A DNA stretch of 45,090 nucleotides, counting the filler, from Jimgerdemannia flammicorona (Eukaryota): NCBI GenBank assembly GCA_003990765.1. It is 2 parts of 2 records of this genome, joined end to end, with 100 filler letters (N's around TTAATTAATTAA, not from the genome) between each part and the next. Parts side by side here need not be neighbours in the genome. Positions count along the whole stretch, not along the records: positions 22,597 to 45,090 come from RBNJ01001265.1; 1 more part is not named here. One strand, written 5' to 3'. Positions 23,567 to 36,888 of the stretch are shown here, piece by piece (the first letter of the stretch is position 1; every line of letters starts with the position of its first letter). Under the pieces are notes generated by a model. The model was not told where the DNA came from and searched no databases. It worked only from the letters and a program-made list of their open reading frames with translations. A program made the translations under genes and the position numbers.

Positions 23567-24230
23567 GATCTCAGTAAAGAAGATCTCAGTGAAAATAGCA
23601 AAAGAGATCTCTGTAAAGGAGATCTCAGTGAAGATATATATATATATATATATATATTTCTATCTTTATAGTAGAAGAGATAGAGAGCAAAGAGGATAGT
23701 TGTAATCTATAAGTAATAGAGAGAAGGACAAAATGGTGAGTGATTGAGTAAAATACAATATAGTGGGTAATTGAGCAAAATATAATATAATGGACAATTG
23801 AGCAAAGTGTAATATAATGAGTAATTGAGCAAAGTGGAATATAGTGGGATATTCATAACTTCTTATATATTATCTTTATATACTTTTAGAGATTGTAAAG
23901 ATGATAAAGCAGATCTTGGTAAAGATAATAAATTAGTAAAGATTGTAAATCAATAAAGATAGTAAATTAGTAATCTTAGCAAATATAATCTTAGTAAAGA
24001 GGGTCTTAGTGAAGATAGTGAAGAGAATTCCAGTGAAGAGAATCTCAGTAAAAGAGATCTCAGTGAAGGGGATCTTAGCAAAGGAAATCTCAGTAAAGAG
24101 GTAGATTTTTTTTTTTTTCTATCTTTACAGTAGGAGAGATAGAGAGTGAAGAGGATAGTTATAATCTATAGATAATAGAGAGAAGTATAAAATAGTGAGT
24201 GAGCAAAGTACAATATAGTAGGCAAGTTAT
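23567..24230. repeat. Compound degenerate repeats (15-bp GATCTCAGTRAAG units, 27-bp ATTGAGCAAAGT units, duplicated ~110-bp block)
   Basis: Block ~23656-23770 recurs at ~24116-24225, differing nearly only by transitions; short units visible directly. Confidence 0.75.
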
Positions 24231-24976
24231 TTATTTTATTTTAAATTTCAATATATATATAAACTAACTTACTATTAACTATTACTGACAAATATTATAT
24301 AATTACTTAGAATATTGTCTGTTATAAATACTAGTATATATAAGAATCAAGATGATACTCACTCAAGAGGTAATATTATTAGATATATATTATTAAGTTA
24401 TACAATTAGAAATTATAGAGATTTAATATTATTATTCTGTTAGAATCTTTCTTTCATTTAGAATCAATGCTTATAAAGTCTTTTCTGGGCAGCATAGAAC
24501 TAGAGATATTACTACTCTATTTTAGCTTTTCTTAGATCTTTTAGCTTTTCTTCAATAATTTGAATATAGTTGAGATAAATATCAAATCTAGACTCTATAA
24601 ATATATGTTCAATATTTATCAGTAAGAAAATCTTAATTGATATTATAGTAGAAGAGATACTGGTATAGGAGTATATACTTATGAAAAAACTGATAATGAT
24701 ATTTAGAATATTTATGTTCAGATTGTAGCTTTTTGTTTTTTTAGATATTTCTCAAATTTATGAATCTTTTCAAGAATAAGATTTTGAATAAAATTTGAAA
24801 AACCAACTAAGTAAGGATAAGTTTCAGCTTCAGTGATTGATTTGGTCTAAAAATCTAGCTAAATTTATTGATTATATTCAAAATAGTTTTAATCTACTTT
24901 ATGAATAATCTTAGTTATACTAATAAGACTAAAGTTTGCATGACTTTTTTTCTTCAATATAGTATAATAAGATTCT

Positions 24977-25380
24977 TGTAATATTTTAGTATAGTTTATT
25001 TTTTTTCTTTGTCTTTCCTCAATATTCTACAACCTTCTAGTACTTTCTGAACACTTAGAAATCCTTTCTTGATACTGAGCATCTACTAGTACTTATTTAG
25101 CTAGTCACTGAATATCCTGGAAACTTGTAGAACTTTATTTGTCATCATTTGTCATCCTTACTAAGAACTTTCCTCTTGGCATTTTCCTTTGATTTCTCAG
25201 ATCCTTCTGGATCCTTCTTTCAGATCTTGTATAAATATCTCCTTTGTTCTCATGAATAAAGTCTCAGAATATTTTCTCTCAGAAATCCTTCAAGAATACT
25301 TAAATCCTTAAGTATCTCTTCAAGCTACTTAGAACTACCAGAACTAGTCGCTTCCTCATTTAGAAACTAGAACTATTACA
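24977..25380 (+). repeat. 5' LTR
   Basis: TGTAAT...ATTACA; ungapped match to 30645-31048. Confidence 0.97.
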
Positions 25381-26529
25381 CTTAGTAGTAGTAGTTAAGT
25401 TATACCTAGCCTTATCAAGACACCTCTCAAGATATGTACCAGTTACAACACTATGGAGGACAATACCTCTCAAGATATGTATCAGTCACAACACTATGGA
25501 GGACAACAAGTGGAATTCTTTATACAGTACCTATAGCCCAGGCAATATCTCATACAATCAGCAAGAAGAAGAGGAATAGCAAAACCCTACTCAGTCAACC
25601 AAGGCCATCAAGAGTCTTTTGCAGACTGCATTAGCTCAGATTGCTCAACTTCAAGAACATATAAAAAGAAAGAAAAGCAAGGCCTCTGCTCATACATACC
25701 TCTGCACCCCCACCGATATCAATACATCCAACAGCAGTCACTATCGAGCCTCAGAAGCCTGACACTTTTGATGGTCAAAAAGGAGGACTGTCTACCGATG
25801 CCTGACTTTTCCAATTAGAGCAATATGGAGAACTGACTAATTTGGAAGAAGCAACACTAGTCTAATTTACCACCATACTCCTCCAAGAGAATACTGCAAT
25901 CTGGTGGTGAAACCATGTCTAGAATACCAGATTTGCTGGCCAGATTAGGACCTGAAATGAATTCTCTAATGCTGTTTAAGGCCAATTCAAACTAGTCAAC
26001 AGCACTAAGGCTACATGAGACCATCTGGCAAATGTCAAACAACTCAAGTCTGTACAAGCATATAATGCATAATTTCTATCAATTCTATTAGAATTACTAC
26101 ATGTCACTGAAGACAAGAAGGTTGATATGTACATTTGAGGCCTGAAAGGTCAAACCTGAGTTTGTATCAAGCTAGAAGAACCCAAGGACCTAGATATAGT
26201 AATGAAGATTGCTGATAGATTTGATATCATCATCTATGGTCACCGCTTTGAACAGAAGAGACCACCTTTCAACAACAACTACAAAAGGGAGGAACCCAAA
26301 GTCAGAACTATTAGACCTGCTCCCATGGACCTAGACACCATTGATAAGAGCAAGAAAGGCAAGCTTATATCTGAGAAAAAGGAGTATCTAAAGAAGGCTA
26401 GAGTCTGCTTCTTTTGCTATTAGCCTGGTCATATTATAACTAAATATCTCAAGAAAACCACTGAACCAAAAAGGATTCTGGTCCTATCCAAAGACACTCA
26501 AGGTCAACCAGTTGAAAAAGAAGTTGTAC

Positions 26530-26937
26530 TCAATTTTATGTGAGTTAACCCCAAGGTTCAGATCCCTCAAGTATAGTCAAAAAGAGCCATTGGTTTAGAC
26601 CTTCAAGCAGTATAACAAGTCACTATTCCAGCACATGAAAGAAGGCTTATTCCAACTGGCCTTTCAGTCAAAATCCCCAAGGAACATTATGCAAGAATTG
26701 CACCAAGATCTGGCCTCAGTTTCAAGCACTCATTAGATATTGGTGCTGGAGTTATTGACTCTGACTTCTGAGGTGAAATGCAAGTTCTGCTAGTCAACCA
26801 TAAGAATCAACCATATCATCAATGAAGGTGACAGAATTGTGCAGCTCATTCTGGAGCAAGCCACCCTACCAGTTATTAAAGAAGTCACCAAGCTGTCTCC
26901 AACCAAGCAAGATCAGAAAGGCTTTGGCAGTACTGAT
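26530..26937 (+). pseudogene. dUTPase domain between Gag zinc knuckle and protease
   Basis: [38 protein letters not shown]. In frame with gag upstream; one frameshift at ~26820, then in frame with the protease. Confidence 0.95.
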
Positions 26938-29900
26938 AAAGTTACAAGCATAGTCGAGAACTGAGCCAATTCAATACTCATTTTCAAAGGTCTAGTCAAG
27001 GAATAAGAGCTAGATGTTCTCATAGACAGTGGAACTGTTGGGAACTTCATCAATAAGAACCTCATTGATAAGCTTAAGATTCTTACCAAACTAGCTGGCA
27101 AGAATTGTAGAGTTATCACTGTAGATGGTACCATCTTACCAATCAACTCAATTGCCGCTAAACTCTCTCTCAAGATCCAGAAGTACTGGGAACATTTAGA
27201 TTTCGAGATAGCACTACTAGGAGACCATGACCTGATCCTAGGCAAACCCTAACTTATATGATACAACTCTCAGATTGATTGGACCAAGAATGAAGTTACC
27301 TTGATTTAGGATAGAGCTAACATTACTATCAAGTCAGACAAGACTCAGACAAGAACCCCAATTGCTACCCTTTCAGCAATTCAGTTCAAGAAGGCCCTCA
27401 AGAAAGCTATCTGTGCCTTTGTAGCACTGATCCGACTAAAGAAAGAAGACAAGAAGCTATCAATTAGTGAAAGTGTCAAGTTACTACTGAACAAGTAAAA
27501 GGATGTCTTCCCAAACAAACTACCTGGTCTACTACCTTCAAGAGACCATAACCATGAAATTAAGCTGGTACCTGATGTAGCTATACCTAAGAAGAAAGTG
27601 TACAATATGTCTCCACTCAAAATTGAAGCAGTCAAGAAAGAACTCAATGAACTCATTGAGTAAGGAGCCATCTAACCAAGCAAGTCACCCTTTGGCTCCC
27701 CAGTCCTATTCATTAAGAAAAAGGATGATACTCTGCAAATATGCATAGACTACCAAGCACTCAACAAGATTACAGTCAAGAACCATTATCTGCTACCACT
27801 CATAGATCAAATCTTTGATGCTCTTAAAAATGCAAAGTACTTCACCAAGATTGATCTCACCTCTGGATATCACTAAATTTGAATCAAGCCAGAAGACATA
27901 CCCAAGACTGCCTTCATGATATCCTTTGGACTCTATGAATTTCTAGTCATGGTCTTTGGTCTCACCAATGTGCTAGCAATCTTTCAAAATCTCATATAAA
28001 CTGTCTTCAAGGATCAGCTCTATATCTTTGTACTTGTATATATTGATGACATCCTGATCTTCAGTAGCACTGAAGAAGAACACCTCAAGCACATTGAACA
28101 AGTCCTCAAGATCCTCTGTGAGAACAAGCTCTATGTAAAGCTCAAGAAATGTGAATTCTTCAAAGATCAAGTTGAATACCTTAGACACATTGTATCAGCC
28201 AAAGGAATTCAAGTAGACCCAAGGAAAATACAAGCCATTGAACAGTAGTCTGTACCAGCAAACCTCACTGAACTCAGGTCCTTCCTTGGTCTGGCTGGAT
28301 ACTACTATCGATTTGTTAAGAACTTCTCTGATATTGCAGAATCTTTGACAAATCTCCTGTAAAAGGAACCCAACTCTGACCTCTGTATCCCCTACATCTG
28401 GGATACTTTCTGTCAACAAGCTTTTCAAGAACTCAAGAACCACCTGACCCATGCACCTGTCCTTAGAAATATGGACCCAAACTTGAAGTTCATAGTTACT
28501 ACAGATACATCTAACTTTGCCATTGATGCAGTCATTTCTCAAGATAATGATCAAGGATACTGACCTATTGCCTTTGAGTCAAGAAAATTGTCCCCCATAG
28601 AACAAAAGCTAGCTACTCATGAAAAGGAACTCTTGGCAATCATGTATACCCTCAAGACTTAGTGATACTACTTAGAAGGAGTTGAGTTTGACATGATCAC
28701 CAATCACAGGTCTCTTCAGTATATCAACACTCAACCAACCCTTTCTTGCCAACAAGCCAAGTAGAGTTAACTACTTCAGACCTTTACCCCAAACATCATC
28801 TACAAGCCTGGCAAAACTCTAGTTGTATCAGATGTACTTTCAAGAAGACCTGACCTTGCTGCAATTTTACAAGTCACCATGGCATCAGAATTCCTCAATC
28901 AGATCAAGAAGGCATATAAACAAGACTCTCTGGTTCTATAAAGAAATACTAAGGAATTCAAGAAAAAGTATACCATCAAGGACAATCTCATATACTATCA
29001 AAACAAAGTATATATTCCTACCAACCCTGAACTATGGTATAGATTCTTCATAAACATCATGACTCCCCACTAGCTGGTTATCTTGGAACTGAGAAGACTA
29101 TCAAGAATATCCAATGAGACTACTACTGGCCAAATATGCTCAAGGAAATCAAGGATTATATCCAAAGCTATGACCTTTGTCAAAGAAATAAGTCAAGTAA
29201 TCAAGTATCTGCTGGTCTTCTACAACTCTTGCCAATTCCAACCAAGAAGTTTGAACAAGTCATAATGGACTTCATTGTGCAACTCCCATGAACCAAAATA
29301 GGCTATGATGCTATTGTTGTGTTTGTGGACCATCTCACCAAGATTACAATTGCTGAGCCAACTACAACCAATATCACTACCCCAGAAATTGCAAGAATCT
29401 TCTTCAAGACTATCTTTCACCATTATGGACTTCTCTAAGTAATTATCAGTGACTGTAACCCCAAGTTTACAAGCTACTTCAAGCAAGCACTCTTCAAGAC
29501 CCTTGAAACCCAAATTGCTATATCTACTGCCTTCTATCCTCAAACTGATGGACAGACTGAGCAAATGAATAGAACACTTGAACAAATGCTCAGAAACTAT
29601 GTGTCTTATGAGTAAGATGATTGGGACCACTATCTGACCTATGCTGAGTTCACCTATAATAATGTCACCCAATTATCAACTAGTCTTTCTCCATTTCAGC
29701 TACTTTATGGTCAAAACCCTGAGACCTCTGCAAGCCTAGTCCCATTCCAGCAATCCAGTCACACACAAGTCCCCACAGCCCAGAACCTTATTGACAAAAT
29801 GGATTCCCTTCTCAAGATTGCCACTATGAATCTGCAGAAGGCTCAGCAATATCAAGCTAAGTATACAGATAAGAAGTAGCAAGATGTCATATATAATATT

Positions 29901-30644
29901 GGTGATATGGTTCTACTCCAAGCTGACAATATCAAGGCTCAATCTCAAGTCAACTGTCAGTTAGCCAAATTCCAGCCCAAGTACCTTGGACTCTTCGAAA
30001 TAACCAAGCAAGTCTCTACCTAGTCTTACTGCCTCAACTTATCAACAACCATACATATACACCCAGTATTTCATATGTCACAACTCAAGGCCTGGAACCA
30101 GTCACCTCTATATCCTGGCCAAATTCCAACACCATCAGCACCAGTGATAGTTGAAGACCACATCGAGTATAAATTCAAGAAAATCTTAAACAAACAAGTC
30201 TAATACTGTCACACAGAATACCTAGTCAAGTAGATGGGTTATCCTGAATATGATGCCACCTGGGAATCTGCTGCCAATCTCAAGAACTCTCAAGACCTCA
30301 ACTAAGAGTTCAAGCAAAAAGGAACTCATTGACAGCCTGTGAGGTTCTCCTCTTAGATAGTAGATGACATACTATACTGATCAGGCACATTAAGTATTGG
30401 GGCACTCTAAAGGATATAGTATCAGAAATAAGAGATATAGGAGAACTCTATAAATCCTGCAACCAATGAGGTTTGAACCAGTTCTTATCCAATTAAGATG
30501 ATACTTTGGCCCTTGCCTTATATAAGGATGGTCAATCCTTACCAATGAGCTAACATATTTTATTTGAAGTTTCTTTTAGTCTTATTGTTTATTATATATA
30601 ACTTTGAGAATTCAATAAGGATGTTGATTCTTAAGGAGGGGAGA

Positions 30645-31048
30645 TATAACATTTTAGTATAGTTTATTTCTTTTCTTTATCTTTCCTCAATATTCTACAA
30701 CCTTCCAGTACTTTTTGAACACTTAGAAATCCTTTCTTAGTGCTGAGCATCTACTAGTACTTATTTAGCTAGTCACTGAATGTCCTAGAAACTTGTAGAA
30801 CTTTATTTATCATCATTTGTCATCCTTGCCAAGAACTTTCCTCTTGGCATTTTCCTTTGATTTCTCAGATCCTTCTAGATCCTTCTTTTAGATCTTGTAT
30901 AAATATCCCCTTTGTTCTCATAAATAAAGTCTCAGAATATTTTCTCCCAGAAATCCTTTGAGAATACTTGAATCCTTAAGTATCTCTTTGAGCTACTTAG
31001 AACCACCAGAACTAGTCACTTCCTCATTTAGAAACTAGAACTATTACA
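30645..31048 (+). repeat. 3' LTR
   Basis: TATAAC (mutated TGTAAC)...ATTACA directly after the PPT and followed by TSD ATTCT. Confidence 0.97.
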
Positions 31049-32779
31049 ATTCTACTAAACTGATAGTAGTTATTTAGAGAAGAATTAGAGAATGTTATTA
31101 ACTCTATATTACTCATTTAAGATATTTGAAAGCCAATAATGATAAATATAATCTTTATTCATAGGAAGCCTAGTAATAGCTTATTGAATTATCATTTTAT
31201 AACTAGGACAGAGAGCCTATATATAGCTTGAAGTATTAATATATAGTTTTTTTTTTTAAAAGCTACTAAGTCTTCTTTATAAAGTCTATTAAATATATCA
31301 GATATAATAAAGAATATTAACAACTTATTTATCTACTGCAAGTTTACAAAATATATTATTGATAGCACTCTCTTCAATTGCTGATTGATCAATTAAAAAA
31401 TAGTAAGATTGTTAGATTTTAGCTTAATGTTTAATTGCTTGAAGTCTTGAAGTAATAATATATTATTCTTCACTACTGATAAAGAAGTAACTATTAGGAA
31501 GCCAAGAGCTAAAGGAGTTTTATTCTATAATTGTATAGAGTTTTTAGTCATATTTGTTTATTTTATAGATAGAATCTATACATAATAGTAAAATAGCTAC
31601 TGTATTTTTGAAAGATACTCAAATTGTTAGTAGTAGTAAATATAAAGCTTTGATATTTGCTCTTACTAAATAATTCTGTTTAGTAATCTTAATATTGAAG
31701 CTATATAATTATATCATCAATGTTAATCTCTAAGTTTTCAGTACTAATAAAAGATATATATATTCAATTCTTTATAGAAGTTATATTGATTGTTGAGAAT
31801 TATCTTAGACTAAAGATATTAAATACTAACTTATTTATTCTTAAAGATATCAATTACAGTATCTTTGACTACTGATATACAATATCTCTTCTTAACTTCT
31901 ATCTTTACAAAATCAATAACTATACTTAGTAGTTTTCTAATATTACTTACTTTAAGATCATAAGTATAATCAGGAGTATTATTACTATATATCTTGTAAA
32001 TAGTAATAATATTGTCTTTGAGTATAATAGTAATCATAGTCTCATAAAGATTTAATTACTATATATTAGTATTTTGTTATTTCTCAACTTATAGACTAGA
32101 ATTTTTTATAAATAAGTTATAGTGCTTTTTGAAATAACAATTATAAGTCTTAGTCTACCTACTGCTTTTTTTCAATAATTTTATCTATCTAACTTATACT
32201 CAGATATTGTCAACTTATAGTTAGTTTGTTTTAAAAACTTCTTTAAATATGTATAGTGAATAGCTTATCTATATTGAAATATCTAAGATAATTACTATTA
32301 TAGTTAAGAGTTTGCTCTATTATCATTATCAGTTTTATTGATTGATAAGTAGACATATTTATTATAAATATATTTCAAAATTTGATACAGTATCCTATAT
32401 TTAAGAAAATTAGTTTATTTTGATCATTTTTTTTATATCTATATTAACTTAGTTAGCCTAGATTCAGTCAAATATATATCAGTCTCAGTATATGAGCAAG
32501 TATCTCTTTATATAATATTCAAATTATTTATTATAAAGTAAATTAATAATATAATGATAAATATAGTATAAAATAGAGTTAATGAGTTTGACTATATAGA
32601 AGACACTTTTAAGACTCACTATTTATATTCATATGTGGAAGTTATTTATTATATCTTAAGACTAAAATAAATAGATAAGAGAGATATACAAACTATAGAT
32701 ATAAAATTATTAACTACTAATAGTATATAACTAAATACTAAGTAAAAATGAAATGATAAATTTATAAAGAAGATCTATA

Positions 32780-35710
32780 GGCTTGAGTAGTGGAGTATTG
32801 AGGGTTTCCTCTCACCTTATGTATAAGTTCTCTACTCACCTCATCTAGGAGAACCAGGTCCTATCTACTATGATATACTTTGATGAAAGGGGGGTATCAG
32901 GAGCTAGAAAGACCATTTGATATGGGGAGAATAGAATTGACCTGAGTGGGAGCTAGTGAAAGTTGGCTCTTGCTACTGCCCTATAGCTAGAAGTGAGAGA
33001 ATTGTATGGATTAAGGGACTTTTGGAGAAGGGTGTGCTATTGGAGGATAGCATCTATGTGCTGGGAGGTGACTTTAATATAGTGTGAAATCTGGAGTTAG
33101 ATAGAACTAATAGAGGGAGGAGTGTAGGTAGGAGGAGTGGTGGGTTGGATGCTTGGGAGGAGGTTGAGAATCTTAGCTCCTTAGGAGATGTAGGCTGTAT
33201 AGAGTGGGGTAAAAAGAGGATCTACATATACTGGATAAATGGCCTTGAGATAAGGATAGATTGGATTCTGATAGCTAAATACTAGGGTGTGGATATCTGG
33301 AGAACTCTAGAGATAGAGTGGTGCCTATGATCTGATCACTGGGGTCTGTTGAGGCAGGGGCAGTTTGGGAGGAGTGGAGATAGATCTGGACATTGGTGTC
33401 TTAACTCCTCTCTACTGGCTGAGAAGGTTTTGTGAGACCCATGGATGGAGGACATCTAAGTGAAGATTGCTGACTGGACACACAAGGGTTTACCAGTGGG
33501 TGTCTGATGGATAAAGTTGAAAGAGACTGCATGAGTTTACTAGAGAGAGGCTGGTAGAGAGACAGGAAAGCAGAGAAGGAAAAGAGTGAGAAATGCTTCC
33601 AATCAGTTGGTTAGACTGTAGATGGAATGGGCAGATTTGTTAAATGCTAGTATGGTCGATGATTGGAGGTTAGAGCATGCAAAATTGGAGATAATAGAGC
33701 TGCAATAGATGCTGAGAGAGGAGGAGGAGATCTGTATGAAAGGAATGACAGTCAGGCTGAGGTGGCAGAGACTTGAGGAGGAGGAGAGGTCTACTAGGTA
33801 CTTGTCATAGCTCCTCCAGGCCAGAAGGGTATAGCATCGATAGGATGGGGTCCTGGATATAGAGGGGGAAATGGTATATAGCATACAACAGATCTTGGGG
33901 GTACTGAAGGAGAGGTGGAGATGTCTGTGGAGTGAGGAGGAAGGGGGTGAGGGTAAGGAGAAAGAGAGTAAGGGTGAGGAGACTATTGGAGAAATGCTGG
34001 AGAAATGGGAACCACTGCAGATAGAGAGCCTTAGTGACTTGATCCTTCCAGTCCAAGAGGAGGAGATCCAAAGAGTTCTTGTAGCCACTAAGCTTGGGAT
34101 AGTATTAGGAGAGGATGAGTTACCTTGGGACTTTTGGAAGAAGATAGTGAAGGTTTCTGGAGTTTTAGGAGAGATAGCAGTCTTTTGTGATCATATTTTT
34201 CTGAATAGTGAGTGGGTTGGAGAGCAGGACTTGGAGTTGGTGGCCTTGTTGTATAAAGATAAGAGAAGGAGGGAGGACTGAAAGAACTGAAGACTGATCA
34301 TACTTCTAGATATAGACAGAAAGATGGTAACCAAGGTGATTGTTGTAAGGCTATAGAAGATTATCCAACAGATACTGGGTGAGGAGTAGCAGGGCTTTAT
34401 TAGTAGTAGGCTTATTAGAGATGGGACAGCCTGGGTTCATGGCATTATTGAAAGGGCACAGGCTTGTGGATTGGATGGAAGACTGGTCTTTCTGGATCAG
34501 GAGAAGACCTATGACTGTATCCAGTAAGTGTGGCTAGATAAAGTGCTGGATAGAATTGGTGTTCCCTCATGATTTTGAGCTTCTATGTTGAATCTATTAG
34601 AGAGCAGTAGGGCAGCACTAATGTGTAATAGCCACCAGAGTCTAGTATTCCTCTTGAGAAGAGGAGTTCCTCAGGGGGATCCACTGTCTTCTATCCTTTA
34701 TGTTCTTTCTTTAGAACCATTGATGGATAGAATATGACAGAAGATGGTAGAACTCTCTATATATGGTGTAGTATGAAAGGTGGGAGCTTTTGCAGATGAT
34801 ATAGTAGTTGGACTTGGCTTGGTAGCAGATGTTGAGGTACTTAAGGAGATGGTTGAATGGTATGAGGCATATTCTGGAGTGAAACTCAACTGGCATAAGT
34901 GTGAGATGATGGTGCTGGGAAACAGGCTTATAGGAGAGAATATCATTAGAACAATTGTCTCTATAGGAGAGGTGGTGAGATATTTGGGTATCTTTCTTTC
35001 TATATATAGTTCTATCTTGCTACAGTTATAGTGAGAAAGGAGAGTGGCCATTTGGGGAGGGGCTCTAAGAGGTTGGGGAGGTCACTATATCTCCCTAGCA
35101 GGCTGGGTTTTAATCCTGAATATCTACTGGTTCTCTAAGCTATGATATGTTATGTATTATTTAGACTTTCCAGCTTAGGTAGTAAAGAGACTGATAAAGC
35201 TGGCTAGAGACTAGATTTGGGCAGAGAAGTGGTCTCAGATAAGTTGGGACACTCTGGCAACACCAGTGATTTGAGGAGGGCTAGGTCTAGTGGACTTTCC
35301 TAAGAGACTATACTGCTTGTGAGCATGGTGGTTGAAAAGGGCTGTTGATTTGCAGAGACAGAGTTGGGTGCTACTGATGCAGAAGGTATAGGAGATGAGA
35401 TTCTCCCCACAAGGGTCCTCAGGTAATTTGCTCTCTCAAGTGAATCTGGATGGAAGCCAACAGCTATGGTATAAGGGCTTTTGGTGGGAGGTAGTAGATA
35501 GAGTATACTGAATCAGCCTGCACTGATGAAGTAATGAGGGGGAGATGCTGTAGGACCCAGCTATGTGGCAATGGGACAGACTGCTTCTGGGGGGTATTCC
35601 ACTTACTGAGTTGGATATTAGTGATGAAGTAGAATATCAGTGGAGTCTTGGCCAGGATCTTTGGCCAAGTAGTTGGCAGGTAGTGAGGATTCACTTCTAA
35701 GAAATGGAGA
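32780..35710 (+). mobile_element. L1/Tx1-clade LINE ORF2 remnant (AP endonuclease + RT)
   Basis: APE motifs VLGGDFN (~33060), RIDWILI, SDH, WCLNSSLL; RT motifs KN*RLIILLDIDRK, FLDQEKTYD, RGVPQGDPLS, AFADD, RYLG; many TGG/CAG/CGA-derived stops. Confidence 0.93.
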
Positions 35711-36449
35711 GCTTTTTTATATTCATTTATAACTATATCATCTACCATATATATATATTTTATATATATATTATGTACAGTCTATCTGATTTTGTAAATT
35801 TCTTCCATAGAGCATATTAAAGAATACATATAGGAATACCCCTATATATGATACATACTTATAATATTCTACTCTTCAGAGGTTTTTCTTTTTTTTCTAG
35901 GCTCTTAAGATATTTCTGGTAATTCTCGCTTCTTAGAATTTAATTCCTACTGACTTCATTCAGAAATATCTTCTTGGTAAATGATATTTATGTTTCTATT
36001 AGAATCATTAGAATTGACATATAATTGTTGATAAATTTCATAAATAATTCTTTCTTTATCCAAATATTCTTGAATAGCTTTGGTATCAAATAATTTAAAA
36101 ATATAAGGAGCAATTTTCTCACCTTATTGTCTTTTCAAAATACTTCAGATGGTGCTGTAATTTTTCAGTTCCATAGTGAACTTGATATAAATTAATTTCA
36201 TATTGATATTTTTATATAGGGATAGTCTTATGTATTCAAAGGTCACTATAGTAGTTCATATTTCGCAGATATGCGAATACATCAAAAAGAATCCATAGAA
36301 TGTGGTAACGGGATCATCGGCGGCGGCGTGGTGCAGCCACTAATGATTTCTTGCAAAAAGGAATCCTCGTCATCAGCTTTTTCGTCTACGACTTCTTTGC
36401 ATTCCATAATTATCATCTGAATTCGGCATTGATAAATGTGTAAATATCA

Positions 36450-36852
36450 CGTGTAAGTCCTTTACTCATCTCGACTGGGAGAACCAGGCCCTACCCACCA
36501 TGTTGTGCTTTGATGAGGGTTTTTCTTTGCCTGTCATTCTCTTTGGGGTGGCAGGGGCTATTCTATTCGGCTCGGGTGTGGCCTTGTACATACGTTGGGT
36601 TCTCAGGCATGCGCTTTTGGTCATTGGCGTATGGTTGGGTTTCCCCTGGTGGTAGGGAGAGCATGGTGCGCAGAATGAGGTGCAGGCCAACATAGGCCCT
36701 GCTGTGCCTGGCATGGTTGAGCTGCTGGACAATAGCTAGCCTAGGTTAATGGGGGGGCAGTGCTTGGTGGGTGGTGGGAGAGGGTTTTGGCCTATATAGT
36801 CTAAGTTCCCTTCCAATAAAATTCCGCGGAACATGAGTCCATTAAAAAAAAA

Positions 36853-36883
<31 letters not shown>
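36450..36883 (+). mobile_element. 434-bp poly(A)-tailed retroposed insert in the last intron, 16-bp TSD
   Basis: AAATGTGTAAATATCA at 36434-36449 and 36884-36899; AATAAA then ~40-nt A tail; T/AAA target typical of L1-type endonuclease. Confidence 0.92.

Positions 36884-36888
<5 letters not shown>

Larger units (their letters stand above)
24977..31048 (+). mobile_element. Full-length chromodomain Ty3/Gypsy retrotransposon (gag-dUTPase-PR-RT-RH-IN-chromo), inactivated
   Basis: 404-bp LTRs at 24977-25380 and 30645-31048; ATTCT TSD at 24972-24976 and 31049-31053; PPT AAGGAGGGGAGA at 30633-30644; gag KPDTFDG, APMDLD, CFFCY*PGHI; protease DSG 27025-27033; [16 protein letters not shown] 28039-28050; RNase H VTTDTS; integrase MDFI, PQTDGQTE; chromodomain EYLVK*MGYPEYDATWE. 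Confidence 0.97.

Noticed and set aside
26424..30330. In-frame TAG/TGA/TAA as readthrough or an alternative genetic code
   Set aside because: Stops fall at Trp, Gln and Arg positions as expected from G>A/C>T damage; host genes use the standard code.
30376..30430. Possible hammerhead ribozyme (CTGATCA after a stem)
   Set aside because: Core should be CUGANGA with GAAA after stem II; neither sequence nor topology fits.
30455..30555. tRNA gene on minus strand
   Set aside because: A/B boxes are present but no convincing T-stem, acceptor stem or anticodon arm; kept only as a Pol III-like candidate.
31054..32780. AT-rich relic (also 24240-24970 and 35710-36250), perhaps hAT-related
   Set aside because: Too decayed to assign motifs with confidence.
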